From NCBI GenBank assembly GCA_036703175.1, contig DATNPP010000195.1:1-35693 (forward strand): a stretch of DNA of 35,693 nt, given 5' to 3'. The position numbers and the translations under genes were made by a program. The stretch comes from Oscillatoriaceae cyanobacterium (GTDB lineage Bacteria; Cyanobacteriota; Sericytochromatia; S15B-MN24; JAQBPE01). A model generated the notes under the pieces. That model worked only from the letters and a program-made list of their open reading frames with translations, had not been told where the DNA came from and searched no databases. Of the stretch, positions 1 to 8,958 are shown piece after piece. Numbering within the stretch: the first letter of the stretch is position 1; each line of letters begins with the position of its first letter.

Positions 1-97
1 CGGCGAGCGCGCCGAGCATCGGGTAGAACAGGAATACGGCGTTGAACAGCCAATACGCCTGTATCGCCGCGATCGCGACGATCCCGATCATGAGCAT
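1..97 (-). CDS. N-terminus of a membrane protein (partial, continues beyond window start)
   Basis: ATG at 97 (reverse) preceded by GAGGAGG (rc of 101-108). It translates to the hydrophobic MLMIGIVAIAAIQAYWLFNAVFLFYPMLGALA. It starts 14 nt after the stop of the upstream GT2 gene. Confidence 0.35.
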   Translation of the reverse strand, partial: MLMIGIVAIAAIQAYWLFNAVFLFYPMLGALA

Positions 98-111
98 GCG
101 GCCTCCTCGAA

Positions 112-978
112 TCAGCGGACTTGGACGGGTTGGCGGCGCAGCGTGCCGACCAGGCGCCAAAACGCCATGCCGGCGCCGGCCTTGGCGTTGTAGAACCGCC
201 GTGCCAAAGGCGGATAGTGCTTCTCGACGAACATGCGCCGGCTCTCGTACTCCTGGCGCTTCATCTGCGTGACGGCCTGGCGGCTGCTGCCGCCGCCGTA
301 GTGGATGATGCGGGCCGAGGGCAAAAACCAGACCTGATGGCCGGCCTTGCGCATGCGCAGCTGCCAGTCGATTTCCTCGCCGTACATGAAAAAGCGCTCG
401 TCGAGCAGCCCCACGTCCTGCAACACGCGCCGGCGCAGCATCAGCACGGCGCCCGTCACCCAATCCACATGGCGCAGCGTGGAATGATCCCAGAAGCTCA
501 AAAAGGGCGTGCGCGCATGGCGACGCGGCCAGAGCACCTGCGTGAGGCGATTCTCGAAGATCGAGCGGAACGTGCCGTAGAAGTGATGGGCGCTCGGCTG
601 CAAGCTGCCGTCGCCGTTGAGCAAGCGGCAGCCCAGCGCGCCGACCTCGGGGTGCGCGTGCAGATGGGCCACCATCTTGTCGAGGGCGCCGTCGAGCACG
701 AGCGTGTCCGAGTTCAACAGCAGCACGTACTCGCCCTGGCAGAGCCGCAGGGCCTGATTGTTGGCCGCGGCGAAGCCCTTGTTGTCGGTGTTCGCGATCA
801 GGTGCACATGCGGAAACTCCGCGCGCACCATCTCGGGACTGCCGTCCGTCGAGCCGTTGTCGACGACCCAGACCTCGTGCGACAGCAACGTTTCGGACTG
901 TACGCTCGAGAGGCAATCACGCAGCAGATTGCGCGTGTTCCAGTTGACGATGACGATCGAGAGCACAGGCGCACTCAT
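112..978 (-). CDS. Family 2 glycosyltransferase (GT-A fold, WbbL/rhamnosyltransferase-like subgroup)
   Basis: ORF 112..1116 trimmed to the ATG at 978, which has GGAGGAGG 6 nt upstream. The longer version would run through the terminator hairpin at 1109-1136. Motifs: [36 protein letters not shown]. Confidence 0.85.
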   Translation of the reverse strand: MSAPVLSIVIVNWNTRNLLRDCLSSVQSETLLSHEVWVVDNGSTDGSPEMVRAEFPHVHLIANTDNKGFAAANNQALRLCQGEYVLLLNSDTLVLDGALDKMVAHLHAHPEVGALGCRLLNGDGSLQPSAHHFYGTFRSIFENRLTQVLWPRRHARTPFLSFWDHSTLRHVDWVTGAVLMLRRRVLQDVGLLDERFFMYGEEIDWQLRMRKAGHQVWFLPSARIIHYGGGSSRQAVTQMKRQEYESRRMFVEKHYPPLARRFYNAKAGAGMAFWRLVGTLRRQPVQVR

Positions 979-1101
979 ACCGGACCTCCTCCGCGGGGCC
1001 AGCAAGCCCCGCCAGTCCACTATAGGCAAGCCTGGCTTCGAGTTCCTTGTGCGGAGTGCCCAAGTCGGCTCGGCATCCGGACCAAACCGGCCGAAGCGCC
1101 G

Positions 1102-1136
1102 AAAAAAAGGCCCCACGAGGCATGCCTCGTGGGGCC
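1102..1136 (-). terminator. Rho-independent terminator ending the minus-strand glycan operon
   Basis: Perfect 12-bp stem GGCCCCACGAGG / CCTCGTGGGGCC (1109-1120 and 1125-1136) with loop CATG. It is followed on the minus strand by T7 (A-run 1102-1108) and lies 15 nt after the methyltransferase stop. Confidence 0.85.
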
Positions 1137-1150
1137 CGCAAAAGCGCGGA

Positions 1151-1975
1151 TCAGGAAACCTTGTCCGCCACCACGGTCCAGCTCATGCCGTTCGTGTGCG
1201 TGAGGCGAACGTTCGTGAGAGGCAAGCCCGCGATCAACTGCTCGACCTCGTCCTTGCGCCAGTAGTGGGCAATGCTCGGAATCAGCTGATCGAAGACGAT
1301 CGCCTCGAGGTGCCGGAACGTCATCTGCCGCAGCAATTGCAGATAGGGCTTCCGATGCGGCAGCTGCAGATATCCGCGCAGCACGACGGTCATGGCCCGC
1401 GCGAGCCAGCGCGTGGCAGGCGGCGGCAGCTTGTTCGTGACGTAGCGGCGCAGCGGATCGATCACGGCCAGATAGCGCTCGTTGCCCTCGTGGCCGTAGA
1501 GCCACAGGATCAGCGACCCACCCGGCTTGAGGGCCGTCACCATGCGCTCGACGGCTTGGCGCGGATCCGCGAGGTGGTGAATGACGCCAATTGAAAAGGC
1601 GATGTCCAGCTCGTTTTGAAGATCGAGCTCGTAGACCGACTGAAAGCGCACCTCCGCGTTCTCGAAGGACGCGAGGTTCGTTTTGGCCACCGCGACCGTG
1701 CGCTCGTCGTAATCGATCGCCAGGCAGCGCGACGCGCCGGCCTTCAACGGCCAGTAGCTGTTGCGCCCCACGCCGCAACCGACGTCGAGGAAGCTCTTGC
1801 CCGCGAAGAACTCCGGCGTCAGCGGCTGAATCCAGCGCCGGAACTGCTCTTCGTGCATCGGCAGAATCTCGCGGTACCAGTCCCACTCGTTGCCGAACTC
1901 GTGTTGCGTGCCGGTGGCGATCGTCTGGGGAGCGACGGCGGTCGTGCTCAAGGGCGCATCTCCTTGCTGGGGCAT
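1151..1975 (-). CDS. Class I SAM-dependent methyltransferase
   Basis: 274-aa ORF with SAM motif [13 protein letters not shown] and the downstream acidic/hydrophobic motifs (LAIDYD, IGVIHHL, LKPGG). Confidence 0.8.
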   Translation of the reverse strand: MPQQGDAPLSTTAVAPQTIATGTQHEFGNEWDWYREILPMHEEQFRRWIQPLTPEFFAGKSFLDVGCGVGRNSYWPLKAGASRCLAIDYDERTVAVAKTNLASFENAEVRFQSVYELDLQNELDIAFSIGVIHHLADPRQAVERMVTALKPGGSLILWLYGHEGNERYLAVIDPLRRYVTNKLPPPATRWLARAMTVVLRGYLQLPHRKPYLQLLRQMTFRHLEAIVFDQLIPSIAHYWRKDEVEQLIAGLPLTNVRLTHTNGMSWTVVADKVS

Positions 1976-2011
1976 GTCTACTCTACTTTCTCGACAGGTC
2001 CTGCGCGAACT

Positions 2012-3010
2012 TTACGCCAAGCTTCGGGCGTCACGCGTCGCGCGGAACCATTCCACGAACGCGGCAATGCCGGCCTCGAACGGCGTATCCGGCGCATAGC
2101 CCAACAGTGCGCGGCTCTTGGTCGTGTCCGCGTAGGTGCGCGGCACGTCGCCCGGCTGCATCGGCTGGCGATCGAGCATGGCCTTCTGGCCGAGCGCCGA
2201 CTCGAGCGTCCAGACGAGCTGGGCGAGCGAGATGGTGCGCGAGTTACCCAGATTGAAGACCTCGTAAGGCGTCTTCTCGTAGGCCAGCGCGGCCCGCACG
2301 CCGGCGATGATGTCCGCGACGAAGGTGTAGTCGCGCTCGGTCGAGCCGTCGCCGTAGAAAGGCAGCGGCTTGCCCTCGGCAATCAGGCGCGCGAACTTGT
2401 GAATCGCGAGATCCGGCCGCTGGCGCGGGCCGTAGACGGTGAAGAAACGCAAACACACGCAGCGCAGGCCGTAAAGGTGCGCGTAGGTGTGGCAGAACAG
2501 CTCGCCGGCCGCCTTGGTGGCCGCGTAGGGGCTGATCGGCGCGGGAATCGGATCGGCCTCGGCAAAAGGTACCTTCTCGTTGATGCCGTAGACGCTCGAG
2601 CTCGATCCGAAGACGAACTTGTCGACGCCATGCCGCTTGCAGGCCTCGAGCAGATGGAGCGTCGCCGTGATGTTGGTGGACTCGTAGAGGTAGGGCTCGC
2701 TCAACGAGGGCCGCACCCCGGCGCGGGCCGCGAGGTGCACGACGCGGCCGAAGCCGTGCTCGACGAACAGGCGCTCGATGAGGTCGGCGTCGCGAATGTC
2801 CCCTTCGATCAGGGTGTAGTGCGGGTGCTGGACATGCGTCCGCACGTTCTCCCGCTTGATCGCCGGATCGTAAAAATCGTTGAAATCGTCGACGACGACC
2901 ACCCGCTCGCCGTCCGCGAGCAGGCTATCGACCAGATGGCTGCCGATGAATCCGGCGCCGCCGGTCACGAGAATCGGCCCGTTGGCCTTCGGAATGCGCT
3001 GTTCGAGCAT
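2012..3010 (-). CDS. NAD-dependent extended-SDR sugar-nucleotide epimerase (UDP-glucuronate 4-epimerase-like)
   Basis: ORF trimmed to the ATG at 3010 (AAGGAG upstream). Motifs: [11 protein letters not shown] Rossmann, catalytic YAATK, and [13 protein letters not shown] as I recall it from the uronate 4-epimerase subgroup. The substrate assignment is inference. Confidence 0.75.
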   Translation of the reverse strand: MLEQRIPKANGPILVTGGAGFIGSHLVDSLLADGERVVVVDDFNDFYDPAIKRENVRTHVQHPHYTLIEGDIRDADLIERLFVEHGFGRVVHLAARAGVRPSLSEPYLYESTNITATLHLLEACKRHGVDKFVFGSSSSVYGINEKVPFAEADPIPAPISPYAATKAAGELFCHTYAHLYGLRCVCLRFFTVYGPRQRPDLAIHKFARLIAEGKPLPFYGDGSTERDYTFVADIIAGVRAALAYEKTPYEVFNLGNSRTISLAQLVWTLESALGQKAMLDRQPMQPGDVPRTYADTTKSRALLGYAPDTPFEAGIAAFVEWFRATRDARSLA

Positions 3011-3071
3011 CGGATCTCCTTGGACTCCCAATATACCCGTCATCCGGCCGCGATTGGAGCGGCCGGCGACC

Positions 3072-4994
3072 TCAGGCACGGGCGGCTTGCAACGGCCGGG
3101 TCAGATATGCCTCGCGCCAGAACTCGAACATCAACATGGTCCAGAGCAGCTTGCGGTGGTCGTGCGTGCCCGCCAGGTGCTCCCGGACGAGGCGTTCCAC
3201 CTCGCGCACCTCGAAGATGCCCGCCTCGCGCAGCCGCTCGGGCGCGAAAGCATCGAGCATGGTCGAACGCAGCTCGCCTTTCAGCCACTTCGCCACGGGA
3301 ATGCCGAAGCCCTTCTTGGGGCGCTTGAGGATCGCTTCGGGCAAGTAACGCGCCGCGACCTCCTTGAGGGCGTGCTTGGTGCGCTTGCCCTTGAGCTTGT
3401 AGTGGCTCGGCAAGCCGGCGATGTATTCCACGAGCGTGTGATCGAGAAAGGGCGCGCGCGCTTCGAGGCTCGTCGCCATCGAGGCCCGATCGACCTTCAC
3501 GAGGATGTCTTCCGGCAGATAGGTGACGGCGTCGAGGTGCAGATAGCGCGCGATCGCATCCCATTCGGCGCTCGCGCCCCAAACCGCGCGGTGCTGGTCG
3601 TAGAGGTCGTCCTCGGCGATCGCCGCGCGCGCCTCCGCCGTCAACAGCGATCGCTGCGCGTCCGGCGAGAACGAGCCGAGCCATTGCAGATGCCGCTCCA
3701 GATGGGGGCGATCGAGCCCGTTGGCGAAGCGCTTGAGCTTGAAGTCGAGGCTCAAATTGTTCGGATTGACCGGCAGTCGGTTGGCGATCGCCCTTCCCGC
3801 ACCGCCGACGAGCGCCCGAAGCGGCCCCGGCAGCGCGTCGTAGACGCCCGCCAGGCTTTGCGCCTGATACGTCGGATAGCCCGCGAAGAGCTCATCGCCG
3901 CCGTCGCCGCCCAGGGCCACCGTGACGTGCCGGCGCGCGAACGCCGAGAGCAGATACGTCGGCATCACCGAGGCGTCGCCGAAGGGCTCGTCCAGCAGCT
4001 CGGTCAGCCGCGGCACCAGTTCGAGCAAGCGCGCGGGCGAGAGGATCTCCTCGTGATGCTCGGCGCCGATGTGCCGCGCGACCAATCGCGCGTGCGCCGA
4101 CTCGTCGAACGAGGGATCCTCGAAGCCGATCGCGAAGGTCTGCAGCTTGCCGGGCACCTCGCGCGCCGCGAGCGCCGCGATGGTGCTCGAATCGATGCCG
4201 CCGGACAGAAAGACGCCGAGGGGCACCTCCGAGAGCAAGCGCATACGCACGGCCTCGGCGAGGCGTGTCTCGAGCTCGGCGATCGCCTCGCGCTCGTCTT
4301 GCACGGGCTCGCGGCGCGTGAGGTCGAGCCGCCAGTATGGCGAAACGCGCCACGATCCGTTCTCAGCCACCAGCAGATGCGCCGGCGGCAGCTTGTGCAC
4401 GCCCTCGAGAATCGCGTGCGGCGCCGGCACGTACTCGAACTGCAGATAGCGGGCGAGCGCCGGCAGCGAGAGGCGCCGGCTCAAGGCCGGATGCGCGAGC
4501 AGGCACTTGAGCTCGGAACCCCAGAGCAGCTCCTGGCCCACCTGGGCGTAATAAAGAGGCTTCTCGCCCAGGCGATCGCGCGTCAGAATCAGCTTGCGAC
4601 GCCGTTCGTCCCAGAGGGCGATCGCGAACATGCCGTTGAGATGCTGTACGAAGTCCTCGCCGTGGTCCTCGTACAGGTGCACGATCACCTCGGTGTCCGA
4701 GCCGGTGGCGAAGCGATGGCCGCGCGCCTCGAGCCGCTCGCGGAGCGCGGGATAGTTGTAGATCTCGCCGTTGAAGACCACCCAGACCGTGCCGTCCTCA
4801 TTGGCGATCGGCTGCTTGCCGCCGCCCACGTCGATGATCGAGAGCCGGCGCATGCCGAGACCGACTGGCCCGTCGAGGCGCAGCCCCTCGTCGTCCGGCC
4901 CGCGATGGACCATGGCCCGGCACATCGCGCTCAGCGTCGCGAGCTCACCGCGCGGCGCGTTATCGAGCGAGAAGAACCCGGTGATGCCGCACAC
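3072..4994 (-). CDS. Asparagine synthase (glutamine-hydrolysing) family amidotransferase
   Basis: GTG start gives MCGITGFF, with Cys2 as the Ntn nucleophile. PP-loop FLSGGIDSS is present. 640 aa. The start lies 3 nt after the stop of the upstream GT2. Confidence 0.9.
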   Translation of the reverse strand: MCGITGFFSLDNAPRGELATLSAMCRAMVHRGPDDEGLRLDGPVGLGMRRLSIIDVGGGKQPIANEDGTVWVVFNGEIYNYPALRERLEARGHRFATGSDTEVIVHLYEDHGEDFVQHLNGMFAIALWDERRRKLILTRDRLGEKPLYYAQVGQELLWGSELKCLLAHPALSRRLSLPALARYLQFEYVPAPHAILEGVHKLPPAHLLVAENGSWRVSPYWRLDLTRREPVQDEREAIAELETRLAEAVRMRLLSEVPLGVFLSGGIDSSTIAALAAREVPGKLQTFAIGFEDPSFDESAHARLVARHIGAEHHEEILSPARLLELVPRLTELLDEPFGDASVMPTYLLSAFARRHVTVALGGDGGDELFAGYPTYQAQSLAGVYDALPGPLRALVGGAGRAIANRLPVNPNNLSLDFKLKRFANGLDRPHLERHLQWLGSFSPDAQRSLLTAEARAAIAEDDLYDQHRAVWGASAEWDAIARYLHLDAVTYLPEDILVKVDRASMATSLEARAPFLDHTLVEYIAGLPSHYKLKGKRTKHALKEVAARYLPEAILKRPKKGFGIPVAKWLKGELRSTMLDAFAPERLREAGIFEVREVERLVREHLAGTHDHRKLLWTMLMFEFWREAYLTRPLQAARA

Positions 4995-4997
4995 GGG

Positions 4998-5996
4998 CTA
5001 GTCTTCCACGTTCAGCACGTTGCGCAGGGTGTAGGTCGCCTTGCCCTGGGATTCGTGGTAGGTGCGCATGATCATCTCGGCGAGCAGGCCCATCAGCAGC
5101 AGTTGCACGCCCAGCACGACGAGCGTCACGGTCAACAGCGGCAGGGGCGTCTGAATGAAGTCCGCGTAGTGCATGAGCTTGAGGTAGACGGCGTACGAGC
5201 CTGACAAAAAGGCCAGCAGGAACGCGAAGAAGCCCGCGCCGCCGAAGACGTAGATCGGCTTGGTGGCGTAGGTGCCCATGAACTTCACGGTGACGAGGTC
5301 GAGCATCACCTTGAAGACACGATTGAGGCCGTACTTGCTCTTGCCGTGAATGCGCGGCAGGTGGTTCACGGGCAGCTCGGTGACGCGCGCGCCGGCCCAG
5401 CTCGCGTAGATCGGAATGAAGCGGTGCATCTCGCCGTAGAGCTGCACGTCTTTGAGCACCTCGCGGCGGTAAGCCTTGAGCGAGCAGCCGTAGTCGTGCA
5501 GGTGCACGCCGCTGATCTTCGAGATCAATCGATTGGCGACCATGCTCGGCAGCTTACGCGTGACGGCCTTGTCCTGGCGCTGCTTGCGCCAGCCGGAGAC
5601 GACGTCGTAGCCTTCTTCGAGCTTGGCGATCAAGGCGGCGATGTCGGCCGGATCGTTCTGCAGATCGGCGTCCATCGGAATCAGGATCTCGCCGCGTGCG
5701 AAGCGAATGCCTGCGGACATGGCGGCCGTCTGGCCGTAGTTGCGGCGAAAACGGATCACCTTGCAGCGCGGATCCGCGGCGGCAATCTCGGACAGCACTT
5801 TGTAACTGGCGTCGGTCGAGCCATCGTCGACGAAGATGACCTCGTAGGTGCGCCCGAGCCCGGCCATCGCGGCCGTGAGCTTCTCGTGCAGCGGGCGGAG
5901 GTTGTCTTCCTCGTTGTAGACGGGCAGGAAGACCGAAATCTGTGGATGGCCGATGATCTCACCGACCGGAGGCGCGGGAATGGACCGCTCGAGCAT
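4998..5996 (-). CDS. Polyprenyl-phosphate glycosyltransferase (GT2, GtrB/ArnC/DPM1-like)
   Basis: Trimmed to the ATG at 5996 (AAGGAG upstream). Motifs: ISVFLPVYNEEDNL, FVDDGSTDAS, MDADLQNDP. Two C-terminal TM helices (IYVFGGAGFFAFLLAFLSG; LLTVTLVVLGVQLLLMGLLAEMI) are characteristic of lipid-carrier GT2 enzymes. Confidence 0.8.
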   Translation of the reverse strand: MLERSIPAPPVGEIIGHPQISVFLPVYNEEDNLRPLHEKLTAAMAGLGRTYEVIFVDDGSTDASYKVLSEIAAADPRCKVIRFRRNYGQTAAMSAGIRFARGEILIPMDADLQNDPADIAALIAKLEEGYDVVSGWRKQRQDKAVTRKLPSMVANRLISKISGVHLHDYGCSLKAYRREVLKDVQLYGEMHRFIPIYASWAGARVTELPVNHLPRIHGKSKYGLNRVFKVMLDLVTVKFMGTYATKPIYVFGGAGFFAFLLAFLSGSYAVYLKLMHYADFIQTPLPLLTVTLVVLGVQLLLMGLLAEMIMRTYHESQGKATYTLRNVLNVED

Positions 5997-6248
5997 GGGG
6001 CGCTCCTTCTCAATCAGGACTGCGAATGCACTTTTCCCGGCGACGGGAGATTCAAAATGCGCTACTCGCTTGGTCATGATTTTTTATCGGAACCCATCGA
6101 TAGAAACTCAAGCGCGCCCGGTCCAAAGGAGGCGATTCTCCCGGCCCCAGGCGCGCGCGACAAGGCGCTGAAATGCTACCCCCGGCGTCAAGGAGTAACC
6201 GATTGCCGGTCTCCGAGCAGAAGCCGGGAGTCTCTTGCCGACCGCCGC

Positions 6249-7061
6249 TTACATCGTTGAACTCGCGCCGGAGGCCGGCATCGCGGGGTCTGGCACCGTG
6301 AGGAGGGCCGCTTTCACGTAATCGAAGGTCATTCGCGCCCAAATATTGGGGGCAACGTCCTTGGGCGGATTGGTGCCGATCCAGAACTTCATCGGCCGGC
6401 GATCGGAGTGGAAAGTGCCGAGCTCAGTCTCGTCGGCAATGGCACGGTAGTTCCCGGAGCCGTCGTCTTCAAGGCGGATGCGGTGCGTGGCACCAATGAC
6501 AGCGCCATTCGGAATGACGTAGGATCGCGTCCCGGACTCGAGGTTGAACACCAACATCACGTTCGAACCGCTCGTGGCCAGCGCCATGAAGGGCTGCGTC
6601 ACGGGCGCTTCGTTGGGTTGCGGTGCAGGCAAATAATCAAGACAGAACGCGGGGATGAGACCTTGGCTCATACGCGTGTACTTGGTCTCGAAGAAGAATG
6701 GGCCATCCTGGGGAATGACGTTCGACTTGGTGACGATGTAAGGACAGTTTCGCACGTTGGGCGGGGTTACCACATCCAGCAAGCCGTCGTGGACGCTCAC
6801 GACCCCGCTCTGTGAGAAGACGGCCCATTGCGTGGAATCAAGGCTGGAGCCATCAAACTCGTTATCGAAGCCCGCCGCGCTCGGCTCCTGCGTGCTGGTG
6901 GCATCGCCTGCGGAGGCACTCGGTGAGGGCGATGTCGCGCCGATTAGCGGCTGGTCTGACGATTGGGGCAGATCAGGCGTGCCGCTGGTGCAGGCGGCGA
7001 GGGACACGAAAAGGAGCAAGGCCCCCCCCATGACGTGACCACGAAGCTGGATTTGTTTCAC
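6249..7061 (-). CDS. Lipoprotein with putative ConA-like lectin/glucanase (LamG-like) domain
   Basis: GTG at 7061 follows GAGAGGAAA and gives MKQIQLRGHVMGGALLLFVSLAAC (lipobox LAAC). A Ser/Pro-rich linker follows. FDNEFDGSSLDSTQW resembles the start of ConA-like/GH16-like domains. Confidence 0.6.
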   Translation of the reverse strand: MKQIQLRGHVMGGALLLFVSLAACTSGTPDLPQSSDQPLIGATSPSPSASAGDATSTQEPSAAGFDNEFDGSSLDSTQWAVFSQSGVVSVHDGLLDVVTPPNVRNCPYIVTKSNVIPQDGPFFFETKYTRMSQGLIPAFCLDYLPAPQPNEAPVTQPFMALATSGSNVMLVFNLESGTRSYVIPNGAVIGATHRIRLEDDGSGNYRAIADETELGTFHSDRRPMKFWIGTNPPKDVAPNIWARMTFDYVKAALLTVPDPAMPASGASSTM

Positions 7062-7316
7062 GAAGATTTCCTCTCGATGCTGGATTGTCCGAAGTGTAGC
7101 TGTTGACAACCCAATCGGCTAAGACCATCGTCACACCGATTGCCTCGTCCACGTATCACCGGAAGGTCGCCTCGTCTCCATCGCGCACCGAGCAGGAGCC
7201 TGCGCGAGTCCGGGCGCCTGATTCCCCCAGATTGCTTTTTCCCAGGGCGCCGCCCGCCGAAACCGCGGCAACTGCACGCTTCAATCGAAGCGCGTGCCAC
7301 GGACTCCGACAACAAC

Positions 7317-8873
7317 CTAGTGCGACGTCCGCACGAAAAAATAGTCGAGCTTCAGGGCCGGCTCGCTCGCCACCCGCGCATCCAGATCATCGAGCGGCTT
7401 GGGCTTCGGCGTGCGTCCGATTCGAATGTAAGGATCGTCCAGGCCCTTATAGGTGAACCCGTCGTCCATTTCCGCGAGGATGTACTTCAAGCGCCGGCTC
7501 TCGGGGTGGTCCAGTCTTACTTGCCGCCGAATACGCAGATAGTCGTCCAAGTAGCGATCGCAGAATTGAGCGGTTGCCTTCTCAAGTCCGAGGGCTGTCG
7601 ATCCCTCGCGCGGATAGAGCATATTCAGCTCCCCGGAAACCACGAAATCATCGACCACCACGCGATCGGGGTCGCGTCGCAGGTCGTGCAACAAGGCGGG
7701 CGTGAGCGGAAGCTCCGCGCACACCGCCTGGTTCGCACGAAAGGACAACACCACGTCGCGCAAATAGAGCACCATCGCGAATGCGAAGATCACTTGCCAT
7801 ACCCTGGCAGGCAGCTTCGTCGCCGTGACCAACATCAGGGCGAACAACACGCCGCCGGCATAGCGCTCGAAATTGATGGGCTGTGCGATATAGCCGGCCA
7901 AAATCTGGTGGTTGCTGACGGCGAGGGGGGCCAGCGCGAGCGCGAGGCCCCAAAATCGCCAACGGGCATCGGAACGGCGGCATAGCGCCATGTAGACGGT
8001 GAGCATGAGCGCGCCCGTCAACGAGAACAACGGCAGGTGCGTCGGCACGAGAAAGAGGTGCGTCGTCGCCCCGACGAAAAAAGCGCCGTACGCCCAAGAA
8101 AGCGCCCCGAGCACCGCGTAGGCGAACAATAAGGGGCCGGCGGTCGCCCAGCGCTCACCCCAAGGCCAGCAGCTGCGCGTATGGCAAGCCAACAACACGA
8201 AACCGGCCGGCAGCGCGATGAAAGGATACATGAAGGGCAACACGAAATAGACCGGCCAATAGCGCCGGATGCGCACGGCCAGGCCAATTGCAAGCGCCAA
8301 CATCAGCAACGAGAACTGGGGCTCGGGCGATCGCCAGAACGGCGAGGACGTCATGTCGGGCACGTTGAACCAAAACCGCAGGCCATGTTGCATCGTCCAA
8401 GCCCAAAAGCGGTGCACGAGGGGGTTCGAGCTGAGCGCCAACTCGGGCAGCACGAGCAGCGCCAAGGCACCGCCGTTCGCCTGCTCGACACTCCAGTTTA
8501 GCCCCCGCAATACCGCCCGCGCCGCGAGCACGAAGGCCAGCGGCATCGTGAGGTCCAAGAGCAGGTTGATCTGACCGCCCGCGAGCCCGGCCTGGTGTAG
8601 CAGCGTAACGAGGTATTGCCCGGGCCGCGCGATGCCCTGGATGACCCGCGAGTAGTCGTATTGAAGATAGGCGGTTTCGTCAAATCCGTTGAGATAATAG
8701 ATGTGCCCGCCCGTCATGACGAACTGCGTCAGCGGAAAAGCCACGGTCGCTGCCAACAAGCCCGCCAACACCAACCAAAACGCGCGCGAACTCACTGAGA
8801 AACCTGGCCGCAGCGAACTTGTCGGACGATCCTCCACCTTTTCCCTCCGCGACTCGGTCTCCAACCTAGCCAT
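7317..8873 (-). CDS. Polytopic integral membrane protein, possible GT-C-fold glycosyltransferase
   Basis: 518-aa ORF with many hydrophobic segments over the first ~400 aa. The first predicted loop carries YLNGFDETAY. The soluble C-terminal ~120 aa is charged. No family was recognised with certainty. Confidence 0.55.
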   Translation of the reverse strand: MARLETESRREKVEDRPTSSLRPGFSVSSRAFWLVLAGLLAATVAFPLTQFVMTGGHIYYLNGFDETAYLQYDYSRVIQGIARPGQYLVTLLHQAGLAGGQINLLLDLTMPLAFVLAARAVLRGLNWSVEQANGGALALLVLPELALSSNPLVHRFWAWTMQHGLRFWFNVPDMTSSPFWRSPEPQFSLLMLALAIGLAVRIRRYWPVYFVLPFMYPFIALPAGFVLLACHTRSCWPWGERWATAGPLLFAYAVLGALSWAYGAFFVGATTHLFLVPTHLPLFSLTGALMLTVYMALCRRSDARWRFWGLALALAPLAVSNHQILAGYIAQPINFERYAGGVLFALMLVTATKLPARVWQVIFAFAMVLYLRDVVLSFRANQAVCAELPLTPALLHDLRRDPDRVVVDDFVVSGELNMLYPREGSTALGLEKATAQFCDRYLDDYLRIRRQVRLDHPESRRLKYILAEMDDGFTYKGLDDPYIRIGRTPKPKPLDDLDARVASEPALKLDYFFVRTSH

Positions 8874-8958
8874 TTTGGCCGCGTCGACTGCCTTCCTATA
8901 CCCCCCAGCGCCGTGCCCCCACCGTTATACTGCGAGGCCCCGCGGGTACCTCACAGGC

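Noticed and set aside
979-1116. 46-codon N-terminal extension of the first GT2 ORF
   Set aside because: It would read through the 12-bp-stem terminator at 1109-1136. The ATG at 978 has a GGAGGAGG RBS and yields the normal GT2 N-terminus.
2880-5204. 774-aa plus-strand ORF
   Set aside because: It is antisense to the AsnB-family gene and the ends of its neighbours. It has no motifs or RBS, whereas the minus-strand genes have clear catalytic signatures.
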